A stretch of DNA of 64,000 nucleotides from Candidatus Bathyarchaeota archaeon (GCA_963726255.1 CAVSBL010000002.1:1312001-1376000), one strand, 5' to 3'; numbered from the stretch's first letter, positions 39,957 through 49,137 are shown. Notes: generated by a model from the sequence alone, not told the origin. Translations and numbers: made by a program.

Positions 39957-40874
39957 TTGACTTCGAATCTGGACAAAGCTTTCTCATATTCAGTGAAAGA
40001 ACTCAGACTCGGCACGATGAAGAAGTCGCTAGGAGAACTTTATGACGATGTAGTGAGAAGTCATGACGCAATTCATGAATTTCTCCTCCTCGCTCCTTCA
40101 ATGTACCCACGAGGAAATTCAAACCATCCGTCTTGGCATGGAAAATCTGCGTTTCTTACATATCATTGGGATACATTCGATTTAGCTCACAGTTCCTACT
40201 ACGAGTCACTTCTGGCAAACTACAGTGCGGGCTTCATCCTACTGAGAGCGACACTTGAACTTCTTATCAGGGGTGTCTTTTTCGAGTGCTTAGCGCATAA
40301 GAGGTTCAGAGAGCAATCCGCAATACTGGATAAAGACAGGAGCGGCAGGAGACTCAAACAATTCCTCAACGACCTTCTTGCCCGCCGACCGAGTATTGAA
40401 CGAGACCTCGAGACTATTTCAGTTGCGATCCATGACAAGACATCGAGGATCATGGATGAACAGAAGTTCAGACCATCAAACTCAATCATGTTGAGGCAGC
40501 TTGCAAAATGGGGAATACTCGAAGGAATCGAAGCACCTGTTACGACAGTCTCGCACATCTATCGTAAATTATCCGGAGACGTTCACGCCCATCCGAACAG
40601 AACAGGTGTCGGCAGGATTCTCATTTACCGACCCCGTGACCTCTTCGAACCCAAGAAGGTGCTGCGGAGAGTTCTCGCTGAGTACCTCAGGGACTTAAGG
40701 AAAGTTACCGACATTGGAATCGTTATGACGATGAACCTGCTGAAGGAGAATCTTGAACAATTCCCACAGACTCAAGATCGGCTTCGATCAGCATTCCAGC
40801 AAAGGTTCAGAGACTTAGGGCTGAAATATGCATCAGGAAGGCTCTCAAATCTACTCCACGTCAACCATCGTTGA
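39957..40874 (+). CDS. DUF5677/HEPN-like helical protein
   Basis: ILLRATLE and IYRKLSGDVH motifs. Confidence 0.55.
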   Translation: MTSNLDKAFSYSVKELRLGTMKKSLGELYDDVVRSHDAIHEFLLLAPSMYPRGNSNHPSWHGKSAFLTYHWDTFDLAHSSYYESLLANYSAGFILLRATLELLIRGVFFECLAHKRFREQSAILDKDRSGRRLKQFLNDLLARRPSIERDLETISVAIHDKTSRIMDEQKFRPSNSIMLRQLAKWGILEGIEAPVTTVSHIYRKLSGDVHAHPNRTGVGRILIYRPRDLFEPKKVLRRVLAEYLRDLRKVTDIGIVMTMNLLKENLEQFPQTQDRLRSAFQQRFRDLGLKYASGRLSNLLHVNHR

Positions 40875-40903
40875 ATCGCCCTCCGGATGGATATGCGAGA
40901 AAA

Positions 40904-41836
40904 CTACTGTAATTCCACGTCGTCGCCGGTCAGTACCTGCCCCGCTTGAATGCTGCGCTTCGCCTTGAGGTGTGTCGTCCCAAACTCCAAAGCTAGGTCA
41001 ATAAACCTCTGACGCTTCCTCACAGGAGCTGCCCCTTTGGGATAGGCTCTGAGAAACTCAATCAGCGATGCCTGGACGACGGATTCAAACCAGCCTATGG
41101 ACGGGGCTAGCTCTTCTTTTCCATCTTGGAAGTGCTTAACCCATACAAGCCTATGCTTGTCAGCCAGCAAAGATGCGCTCGGGACGTCCTTCCCTCCATG
41201 GGCATACTGCGAACGAAATTCGCGTATCTTTGAAAGGAGACCGTCAACGGGCATTTGAGCGATACCGGTTCCCAGAAGTCCGCTCGGGCAGTAACGCTTG
41301 ATGAAATTGACGAAACTTTCTCTGAAGCTCTCTCCTGGTGTGACAATACTTCCCAAGCATTCTATGCATGAAACAAGGAGGAAATTCGCAAGTGACGGTC
41401 TATCATCGATGACCTGAACCGCCAGTTGATACAAGTCACAGGATCGCAGGTAAGTGTGGAACAGCTTCTCGTCAAACGTGCAAAGGGTCTCGAATAAATC
41501 ACCGAGTTCTCGTGGGGGCTCGACTGTGGTGATGAATTGAGAGTAGACACTCTTGGAATCAACTGATATGCCATTAATCTCTTCAGCCTTGACGGCAAAA
41601 CGTGACTTTAACAGAACCGACAGCCAAGACAGTATGAGCTTTCCCTCCTGGATTGGGTTTGACGCAGTCTGACCTTGAATCCATTCATCTTTGAATTCGA
41701 GAACTACCTCCTTCCCATCCGAATTCGGGACCGTGGTGACTCGATATGGGTCAAACTCTATTGATACAGATTCTGGGAAATTTCTAGAAGACTGGAACCG
41801 TATGGATACGTCTAATGAGGACTCTATTGGAGCCAT
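40904..41836 (-). CDS. HEPN domain protein (Apea-like)
   Basis: LVSCIECL and RxxxxH motif RSQYAH. Confidence 0.65.
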   Translation of the reverse strand: MAPIESSLDVSIRFQSSRNFPESVSIEFDPYRVTTVPNSDGKEVVLEFKDEWIQGQTASNPIQEGKLILSWLSVLLKSRFAVKAEEINGISVDSKSVYSQFITTVEPPRELGDLFETLCTFDEKLFHTYLRSCDLYQLAVQVIDDRPSLANFLLVSCIECLGSIVTPGESFRESFVNFIKRYCPSGLLGTGIAQMPVDGLLSKIREFRSQYAHGGKDVPSASLLADKHRLVWVKHFQDGKEELAPSIGWFESVVQASLIEFLRAYPKGAAPVRKRQRFIDLALEFGTTHLKAKRSIQAGQVLTGDDVELQ

Positions 41837-41946
41837 TCTGGATCGGTCATTGTATGCGAATTCAGAGATTTTATCATGACTTCAGTCAGTTAGACGCAGG
41901 ACGCCTTACTTCGATTGTACTCTTGAGCCACGTGACCAAGAAGTAT

Positions 41947-43053
41947 TCACGACTTTCGATTCCATATGATGTTCCTCATCCGCTCGAACGGATCATGATA
42001 GTAGAGTACTCCGTCCGGAACTGGCGTGCCTTGCATCCTCATGTACCGCTTGCTCGTTTCTGACCGGATCAAGTCGTAACTTATCGGCTCGTTATAGATG
42101 AACCAGAAGTCCTTGCTGTGATCCTCGAGTTTCTTTGCCTGCTCCAGGTAGACTTTCAGGTCAGCAGATATCGTCTCCGTGAAGAAACCTGCCACGAGTA
42201 TGATCAGCATCGCCTCGAAATGGGCGAGATAGTGAAGCAATAGCTCCTCATGAATCTGGTTCCTCCGATCGCTAACCTCAGCCGAGTAGGTCATGGACTG
42301 GATATCTAACACTCCTCTCCGAGTAGGATGAGTGAAAGAACTGAGAAAGTTGTAGTGCACCCAGAACCTATCGAGTTGTTCCTTTGTCAGCAGGTTGTTC
42401 AAGAGCAGGTTGTCGGCAATCTTTTCGACGTATAGATATTGGCTGTATAGATGCTTGTGACGCTCAACAACTTTTTCGAACTCGCGTCCAGGCTTATAGA
42501 GAGTTGGCAGTTCGGCTAGAAACTTCACATCGGGGTCGTACTCATCGAATACAAAATAATACATCGGAATAGGTTCGCCCTTTTTCTCAACGTCCTTTCG
42601 CTCATACAAGCCCTCAGTTTCGATTGTAACGTGAATAACGTCATCTTTGTGTCCTTTGTTAATCGCTTTGATTATCGGGTCTAGCTTTCCGGACTTTCCG
42701 TCCAACACCCACTTCTCACATGTCTTATCTCGAGCCTCTCTGGTGTTCGACGAAGTTTCCGGGATGATGTTGTAGTCTCTTGTTTCTCTGTATCGCTTGC
42801 CCTTGATCATCAGTAAGAGCACAAAGTAGTATTCGAACACGCTCCTGAGAAGAATGTAACAGTCTTTGTATTTGGCAGCCTTCAAGTTTTGAACAATTGT
42901 ACGTATCGAATCAAATTCGGAATAGAAGACCCGAATGTAAGTTGTCCAACTTGAAGACCAACCCTGAGTTATTGACTTGCCTACGTCGAGTTCTAGATTG
43001 GTCACTAGTTCTGCAGTTTCTTCTATCAATTCAAAGCCTGGTAGCGTCGACAT
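41947..43053 (-). CDS. DUF5677/HEPN-like protein
   Basis: YILLRSVFE and HYNFLSSFTHPT motifs. Confidence 0.55.
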   Translation of the reverse strand: MSTLPGFELIEETAELVTNLELDVGKSITQGWSSSWTTYIRVFYSEFDSIRTIVQNLKAAKYKDCYILLRSVFEYYFVLLLMIKGKRYRETRDYNIIPETSSNTREARDKTCEKWVLDGKSGKLDPIIKAINKGHKDDVIHVTIETEGLYERKDVEKKGEPIPMYYFVFDEYDPDVKFLAELPTLYKPGREFEKVVERHKHLYSQYLYVEKIADNLLLNNLLTKEQLDRFWVHYNFLSSFTHPTRRGVLDIQSMTYSAEVSDRRNQIHEELLLHYLAHFEAMLIILVAGFFTETISADLKVYLEQAKKLEDHSKDFWFIYNEPISYDLIRSETSKRYMRMQGTPVPDGVLYYHDPFERMRNIIWNRKS

Positions 43054-43141
43054 GCAAACTCTCAGCTAGTACCAATCTTGCACGTTGGGCATCTGTCACT
43101 TTCTTGCATTTGTTTTGCCTCGAAGGGAGATAACAAGTTCG

Positions 43142-43768
43142 CTAATGCCTTTCAGTGGAGGGTTGGTGCTCCCAATTCCTGTTTCTAGGGTTTGAGAATG
43201 AATAGACAATCGTGAAGTCATCCGCGTTCCTAAGGGCTCGTACGTCTTGTTCTAGGTTCCTTGCCTTGTCGAATATCACGACATAGCCACCAAACTCTCT
43301 CTGGACATACCGGCGGATTTTCCGGAACTTCTCAATGTCTTTGCCTATTCTGTTGAGGAATGCTGCATCGGATTCTCTGTTGGATCGCCTCAGCTTTAGT
43401 TCAATGATTGTGAAGAATCCGTCAAATCCATATTGCTTAGAAGGCAATTCGAGGCCAGAGGCTGTCGTGATCAAAGTAGACGCATCTATGAGCACGATAT
43501 CCGACCTGTACCTCATTTTGGTCTCCCTATGGCCGTACCATCGCACTTCAGAATGCAGCTCTATGGAACGACTGTCATCGTGAGTTGCTCTAATGACAGA
43601 GAAACGACTTCCTAACAATTTAGAAAACAAATGGCTTCGGACATCTTCCTCCGTTAGGAAGACATCTGGAAATTCGTTGAATTTGGCTTTCAATTCATTG
43701 ATTGAGTTTTGGATCAATTGTCCTGAAGTTTCAGCTGGCGTTCGTGCTGCAGAAGTACCTTGCTCCAT
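43142..43768 (-). CDS. PD-(D/E)XK nuclease-like protein
   Basis: TEEDVR, HSEV, RSDIVLID, IIELKL, DIEK. Confidence 0.65.
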   Translation of the reverse strand: MEQGTSAARTPAETSGQLIQNSINELKAKFNEFPDVFLTEEDVRSHLFSKLLGSRFSVIRATHDDSRSIELHSEVRWYGHRETKMRYRSDIVLIDASTLITTASGLELPSKQYGFDGFFTIIELKLRRSNRESDAAFLNRIGKDIEKFRKIRRYVQREFGGYVVIFDKARNLEQDVRALRNADDFTIVYSFSNPRNRNWEHQPSTERH

Positions 43769-43988
43769 AACGTGATAATGCTGTCACGTGCTTATCAAAG
43801 AATGCCAAAATGGATATCCAGATTGTTCCAGTGGAAAAATCATTCGTAGGTTTCTCTTGCATGAAGCAAGCCTGCCGCCTCTGCAGGTGAACAGGAAAGC
43901 TAACGACCTCAGAAAACAAACGCATTTCTGAGCATATCGGTCTATCTGAGGCACCAACTTCAGTCAATTATGACTGAATCTGCGACAT

Positions 43989-44756
43989 TTACCGTTCCCG
44001 ATCGTAGTCAGATAGACTTCGGTTAGTGAGTAAGAAGTCGACTTGATTGGTTGAGGCCGCTAATACTTCTTTGGCCTTAGAAAGTAGGAAACGGCATTCA
44101 TCCGAGAAGTGTCCAACATAGACAACAATGTCACGCTTTTCTCGCCAAGTGCGCTTCACAAAGTCGCAAGTTATGAGCCAATTCAAATCACGATCCCAGA
44201 GTTTCTCTCGATAATCAAGAAGAAGGTCAATCAACACCAGCGTGTTTCCTCGTTGCTGGTCTTGTTCCTCTATCTCCATGATGCTTGCGATGAGATTCTC
44301 CAGCCCACTGGAACCAAATTCGACTGCGCAATTCGCCAGCGCCTCTAGCAAATCCCATGTCTCAATAGTGTCCATGGCTTCATAATTCAAGAGCAATCGA
44401 CCAAGTGAAGTTATGCCATAAAGTTTCTTTTCTTTCCCAGATGCCCTCCAGGGCGTTGCCCTGACGACCCTTACAGCTCCTTTGTGGCGCAAAGACTTGA
44501 GTGCGCGAGTGACCTGAGTTCTGTGCAGTTTGCAGACCTTAGCCAACGCATACTCGTGTAGAGGTTCAGGTTCTTCGCCTTCATTTTCTCCGTACAATTT
44601 GCGGAGGATAATCGGCTCAGCGAAATTCTGGTACGGGGCGGGTTTACGCTCGGGAACGTAAGTCCACGAGCGCAAAGGGTCATCAGTCATGATGCGGATC
44701 AATTGTCGAATGCTATCCTCTACGATGCGGCGATCTGTGCCGCTGGGGTATTCCAT
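43989..44756 (-). CDS. Winged-helix DNA-binding protein
   Basis: LHEYALAK...RTQVTRALKSL..KGAV...YGITSLG; ATG at 44756 (MEYPSG) preferred over 44882. Confidence 0.65.
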   Translation of the reverse strand: MEYPSGTDRRIVEDSIRQLIRIMTDDPLRSWTYVPERKPAPYQNFAEPIILRKLYGENEGEEPEPLHEYALAKVCKLHRTQVTRALKSLRHKGAVRVVRATPWRASGKEKKLYGITSLGRLLLNYEAMDTIETWDLLEALANCAVEFGSSGLENLIASIMEIEEQDQQRGNTLVLIDLLLDYREKLWDRDLNWLITCDFVKRTWREKRDIVVYVGHFSDECRFLLSKAKEVLAASTNQVDFLLTNRSLSDYDRER

Positions 44757-44863
44757 ATGACACACTCGAGCCTGGAGAAAAGCCGTGTCATTTGTCATAT
44801 AAGGGTGAAAGGGTGGATTCGATATATGACACGCTGCAGATGCCGGCGCAATGGTGTCATATG
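44754..44863. repeat. Array of ATATGACAC/GTGTCATAT half-sites with 31-bp periodicity
   Basis: Sites start at 44754, 44785, 44792, 44823 and 44854. Confidence 0.7.
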
Positions 44864-44908
44864 GCATAAAACCATGTAACACCTATCATTAGACCAAGGT
44901 CTACGTCT

Positions 44909-45325
44909 GTGATCCAAGAGATCATTGAAACAATAGTCTTCACAATTTCAAACCCAGTTGCCTTGGTCTTGCTCATCGGATTACTGGCGATATCCTTCAA
45001 GTGGAGAGCGAAGGAGCCCAAGATCCTCCTTTTCGGTCTGACCTTGGCTTCAGGACTTTCGTTATGGGTGACCCAGCAACTCTCTGCGGGAACATTGAAT
45101 CCAGCTTGGGCGATCGAGTATTACAAGCTTAGCTTCGGGTGGGCAAATGCGAAAATGGTCAATTTCCTGGGAATCCGACTTCTTGACCTAGCCGGGTTCT
45201 TCGCTGTCGTCGCTCAACTAGTAAAGGATCGGAGAACAGGATTCTTCGGTTTCGTCATGTTTCTTTCAATTCTTTGTGGCATAGTTTGGTTGGCTGCGTT
45301 CTCAGGATACCTATCAATTCGCTAG
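44909..45325 (+). CDS. Hypothetical 4TM membrane protein
   Basis: Hydrophobic segments. Confidence 0.6.
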   Translation: MIQEIIETIVFTISNPVALVLLIGLLAISFKWRAKEPKILLFGLTLASGLSLWVTQQLSAGTLNPAWAIEYYKLSFGWANAKMVNFLGIRLLDLAGFFAVVAQLVKDRRTGFFGFVMFLSILCGIVWLAAFSGYLSIR

Positions 45326-45356
45326 CAAGTTTCGGTGTGCATGAATGGAAGGGTCT

Positions 45357-45384
45357 TGTGGTCAACTGGTGCGCGCACACACAC
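45357..45384 (+). repeat. Copy of the dispersed palindrome
   Basis: tgtggtcaactggtgcgcgcacacacac. Confidence 0.8.
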
Positions 45385-45443
45385 AAAACCACTACGACGT
45401 ACGAACGAGCCGAATCCTTGGCGAATGCCTGACTGGTTTTCCA

Positions 45444-46055
45444 CTAGTGCCCCTTAAAATCATAAACTTCAAGATCGGAGTCGAATGCATACCATTTTTT
45501 TTGGAGGGATGGATCGGTGCTGAGGTCCTGTAGGTATTTCTCAACACCTCGTCTTAGATCCTCTATCAGAGAAAGCAAGTTCAGTTGTAGTACCTGCTTT
45601 CTCCCAGAGCCGGGCACCTGCCAGCTGAAATGCTCCTCTCTAGGCAATTGGTCTGTAGACCAATGCAATAACCACCCGTACTCTGTCCCAGTCTTTGTCC
45701 CTGCTAGCCACCGCGGTTCGCTAGTATGCATTAGTTTGTGTCGCCACACCTGAACTGCCAATTCTGATTCCAGTCTACCGAGACCTAGGTACTTCACCAT
45801 GAACTCGATCATGCGAGGAGTCTGGTTAGAATCGTTTCCTTTCCAGTAGCTCGAGAACAGGTCGACATAGGCAAAACACGTCATCATATAGGCGTATAGT
45901 GTGCGAGAGAAATGTTTGGGGTGGCGCTTCCAGTTGCGCTTTACAATACGTGTGTAGAATAGTCTTGCTTCATACTCAAGATCGTAGATCATCACACGTA
46001 AAACTTTCTTCGCCTTGAAGTATTTCCAATTCCTTCTCATGTGCCGCCCACTCAA
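45444..46055 (-). CDS. HEPN-like protein
   Basis: MTCFAYVDLFS, FMVKYL and RxxxxH motif RHKLMH. Confidence 0.6.
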   Translation of the reverse strand: MSGRHMRRNWKYFKAKKVLRVMIYDLEYEARLFYTRIVKRNWKRHPKHFSRTLYAYMMTCFAYVDLFSSYWKGNDSNQTPRMIEFMVKYLGLGRLESELAVQVWRHKLMHTSEPRWLAGTKTGTEYGWLLHWSTDQLPREEHFSWQVPGSGRKQVLQLNLLSLIEDLRRGVEKYLQDLSTDPSLQKKWYAFDSDLEVYDFKGH

Positions 46056-46091
46056 CTGGTAGCAGCTAGACCGGATGCTGGTCTAAAAGGA

Positions 46092-46121
46092 GGGGGTGGG
46101 TCAGCTGGTGCGCACACACAC
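46092..46121 (+). repeat. Copy of the dispersed palindrome
   Basis: gggggtgggtcagctggtgcgcacacacac. Confidence 0.85.
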
Positions 46122-46259
46122 TGAAAACTACGGAAACATGTCGGCTTCCTTCTCACATTGGTCAAGCGCCCTAGGACCGATGAGTTAACCCTCTAAGACG
46201 GATATCTAATTCTGGCATGAAATAGATACTATAAGCAACCTTTCTATCAAAGGAGGAAC

Positions 46260-46931
46260 ATGCGGTATTCACGTGGATTCAGAAATCTGTTGCGTTTAGC
46301 GCGTACAAAGCGCGCGATAATTGTGATTTCACTCGTCTTGGCCATTATTGAGACAAGCGCTCTGATAACAGTTTTTGATACAGAACCACAGTCCTTTGAT
46401 GCTCCCCCGCAGTTCACATTTTCTGATAAGGTAATCTATGTTTCACCAATAAGGATCGGTACGAATGGTCCGAGTTATTTTCATTCCGTTGCAAGAGTGA
46501 ACGCCTGCTTTTCCTCACCTTATGCCGCTGCTTTCAAAACCTTCGAAGTCGACATGTCACTCGACAATGCAACCTGGACCAGAGTGCCGCTGCTTGGCCC
46601 TCAATCAGACTGTCACATAGAATCTTCAACTCTAGGACTCGTTGATTTGAGTAAATTGACTGTTGTAATTTACGTTAGATACTACATTCCACCACAAACC
46701 GTGCAACTACCAACTGGCGTTACAAAAGAAGTCTTTCTGAAGAGCGTGAATGGAACGATAATGATTCACAGAGAAGCTTCTCCGAAGGATCAAGTCGCAA
46801 CATTTCTAGTGTGCGTGGCTCTGTTGGGCTTGAATTTGGCAGTAGCTAACCATATTTCTCCGTCGAGAGGAAAAACAGGAACCGACCTGAACGACGGCTC
46901 TCCGGGGTACATCAAGATTAGTTGTCTTTGA
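46260..46931 (+). CDS. Hypothetical protein, 2 TM helices flanking a beta-rich extracellular domain
   Basis: N- and C-terminal hydrophobic helices; AGGAGG RBS. Confidence 0.65.
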   Translation: MRYSRGFRNLLRLARTKRAIIVISLVLAIIETSALITVFDTEPQSFDAPPQFTFSDKVIYVSPIRIGTNGPSYFHSVARVNACFSSPYAAAFKTFEVDMSLDNATWTRVPLLGPQSDCHIESSTLGLVDLSKLTVVIYVRYYIPPQTVQLPTGVTKEVFLKSVNGTIMIHREASPKDQVATFLVCVALLGLNLAVANHISPSRGKTGTDLNDGSPGYIKISCL

Positions 46932-46960
46932 GCGTCAGAGGAGGTGACCGTCGTTCGTAT

Positions 46961-46990
46961 GTGTGTAGGTCAGCTGGTGCGCACACACAC
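46961..46990 (+). repeat. Copy of the dispersed palindrome
   Basis: gtgtgtaggtcagctggtgcgcacacacac. Confidence 0.85.
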
Positions 46991-47059
46991 TCAACAAAGC
47001 GCCCCCAATGACTTTAAGACCCATTCGATCGGAGAGGAGATAACCGCAGGTGCATTAGT

Positions 47060-47461
47060 TTGGATTTTCGTTTCGTCTACACCGGTATACGAGTGAAGAA
47101 TATGGAGGAATCTCTGAAGTTCTACACCGAGGTGCTAGGTATGGTAATCGCGGAGCCTCTTGAAAGCATGGGACCAACAAAGGGCAGCGCCGTCACACTC
47201 AAGAGTCGGGAATCGGAACAAATCTTAGAACTCAACCACTACGAAGACGATAGTCCATTCTGTTCAACATACGTAAACGGCGAAGAGCTTGACCACATAG
47301 CATTCGACGTCCACGACCTGACGGCCACAGTTGAAGAACTCAAACGAAAATCTGTTGAAGTATTGGTGGAACCGGGAGCGATCGGGGGAGTGATCGGATG
47401 GAAAGAAGCCTACGTCAAAGACCCAAACGGCATATGGATAGAACTCCTAGAACGAAAGTAG
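47060..47461 (+). CDS. VOC/glyoxalase family protein
   Basis: IRVKNMEESLKFY, LELNH, DHIAF, KDPNGIWIEL. Confidence 0.88.
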   Translation: MDFRFVYTGIRVKNMEESLKFYTEVLGMVIAEPLESMGPTKGSAVTLKSRESEQILELNHYEDDSPFCSTYVNGEELDHIAFDVHDLTATVEELKRKSVEVLVEPGAIGGVIGWKEAYVKDPNGIWIELLERK

Positions 47462-47466
47462 TCTAA

Positions 47467-47492
47467 GTGTGTGTGGGTCAGCTGGTGCGAGC
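47467..47492 (+). repeat. Copy of the dispersed palindrome (right arm degenerate)
   Basis: gtgtgtgtgggtcagctggtgcgagc. Confidence 0.8.
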
Positions 47493-47676
47493 AAGCAAAC
47501 CTGAACCGTTAGCCCCATTTCGAAACTGAGTTTCCGAAAACGCTTTCAGTTTCTATGACATATTGTGATTCTTAGCGGTGTTGTAAATGTCCGATGACGA
47601 AGCAAAGAGCTCCACAGATTTAGGAGCTAGTACGGCTTCGGTTCGGGAGTGCGATAAAATGAACGAGGACTGCTTC

Positions 47677-47700
47677 GTGGGTTCGAATTCCACCCACCGT
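47677..47700 (+). other. tRNA T-arm-like fragment (possible att remnant)
   Basis: GTGGG-TTCGAAT-TCCAC-CCACCGT; no full cloverleaf. Confidence 0.35.
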
Positions 47701-47738
47701 AAAAACGACGGACCCTCCCGTAGTAGGGGGCCGGTGAA

Positions 47739-47786
47739 GTAGAAGATAACCGAACGGTACTGCGCTCCTACATCAGCCCCGTGCTG
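47739..47786 (-). pseudogene. msrA fragment
   Basis: Encodes [15 protein letters not shown], versus [15 protein letters not shown] in the intact msrA. Confidence 0.6.
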
Positions 47787-47922
47787 AGCGGCTAAGAATC
47801 CCTTCGAACTTTTCCGACTCGCGAAGAACTCGACCAAATTGATCAACTATCGTCTTCCAACATCTGCCGCAAGTCCTCGCTCCGAACTTCATATGCCGAG
47901 TGATATCATGAATTGTTGGAGG

Positions 47923-49137
47923 CTAATGCGGTATCTCTTCAGGTGGTTTGACGTTCCGAAAGCTCGCGTAGATCATAAAGTCGTAAGCTAACTTCAACAG
48001 ACCCGCAGCCACCAACGGCGCGCCTAACCAGGTTACTTGCATTGCGTAGCCTGCGATCGTGGGGCTGATTGATGATGCCACAGTTCGTGTGCTGCTCGTT
48101 AATCCGGCTGTCGCGGTTCTGTCCGACTCATCAACTATTGCCATTACGTATGATTGCCTCGCCGGAACATCCATTTGGGAAAGGGACTGGCGGCATAAGA
48201 GGAGGGACACGGCACTCAGTGGGGTGGGTGCGAAGGCAACCGCAACCAAGAATACGTTTGAGGGAATGTGACTGAACACCATAGTTCGCAGCAGCCCTAT
48301 CTTCCTCGCAATCCTCTCTGCTAGCAGAAAGGACAGCGCGGTCACAATCTGGGTTGCAAAGAATATTTCACCGAGAGTAGATAGGTCGAGGGCGAAGCGG
48401 GTATAGAAGTAGTAGGATAGAATGCTCTGTCCAATGAAACCGCCGCCGAAAGCATCAACACTGAACAGGGCTGACAGCTTGAAGACTATGGGTCTGGCTT
48501 TCGGAGAGAGGGCAGTATGCTTCTTGTTTTCTTTCGCATGCTCCATTTCCACCTTTTCGGACAATGACGAGTAGAGTAGAGCACCGAGAAGCCCCGACGC
48601 CATGTAGGCTAAGAAGAGAGGCCGGTAACCAAAGTACTGTGGTATGCCAGCAATCAGAGCGCCTAGGGACGATGCTCCATACCCAACCAAGTTGTATATG
48701 CTGAACGCGAGCGTGCGCCTGTTAGAGTTGCATGTCCTGGGCAGGATGGCTTGCTCAAGTGAGAGGAACGGGCCGACTTCGCCTGCACCCACCGTCATGT
48801 TGCCAACTATTCCTGCAAACACGGGAGCCCACCAAGCGTTCGACAGGAACAGCGCCGATCCCGCCGCGAAATCAGTTAGGGCGAAGAAGATCAACGTGCG
48901 CCTCCTTCCGATTCGATCCGCAATGAAACTAACAATGAACGTGTAAAACGCGCTGCTAAGAACGGTAAATGTCAACACTATGCCTATTGCGAATGCGCTG
49001 AAGCCAAGCTGGGCCAAATAGACTCCAAAGAGTACGCCAAGAAATCCGTAGGGCACAGTGCGAACTGTCTTCTCCAGGAAAACTGTCTTGCCGTCCCTAT
49101 CGATCCAATCTCCAAGGCCTTTGATCAACGCGGCCAC
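47923..49137 (-). CDS. MFS transporter
   Basis: ADRIGRRR motif A; about 12 TM; SQMDVPARQSY. Confidence 0.9.
   Translation of the reverse strand: MAALIKGLGDWIDRDGKTVFLEKTVRTVPYGFLGVLFGVYLAQLGFSAFAIGIVLTFTVLSSAFYTFIVSFIADRIGRRRTLIFFALTDFAAGSALFLSNAWWAPVFAGIVGNMTVGAGEVGPFLSLEQAILPRTCNSNRRTLAFSIYNLVGYGASSLGALIAGIPQYFGYRPLFLAYMASGLLGALLYSSLSEKVEMEHAKENKKHTALSPKARPIVFKLSALFSVDAFGGGFIGQSILSYYFYTRFALDLSTLGEIFFATQIVTALSFLLAERIARKIGLLRTMVFSHIPSNVFLVAVAFAPTPLSAVSLLLCRQSLSQMDVPARQSYVMAIVDESDRTATAGLTSSTRTVASSISPTIAGYAMQVTWLGAPLVAAGLLKLAYDFMIYASFRNVKPPEEIPH

Larger units (their letters stand above)
25500..47700. mobile_element. Accessory/defence island (boundaries approximate; no integrase visible)
   Basis: Run of unlinked hypothetical and defence-like genes in mixed orientation, interspersed palindromic repeats, tRNA-like fragment at the right end. 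Confidence 0.55.

Noticed and set aside
45357-47492. CRISPR array interpretation of the ~28-bp repeats
   Set aside because: The intervals are 0.5-0.9 kb and contain whole genes; no cas genes are present
28682-47492. Classical integron attC sites
   Set aside because: Too short, lacking consistent RYYYAAC/GTTRRRY boxes; no IntI visible
47620-47705. Full tRNA gene
   Set aside because: Only a T-arm-like hairpin; D-arm, anticodon arm and acceptor stem could not be folded
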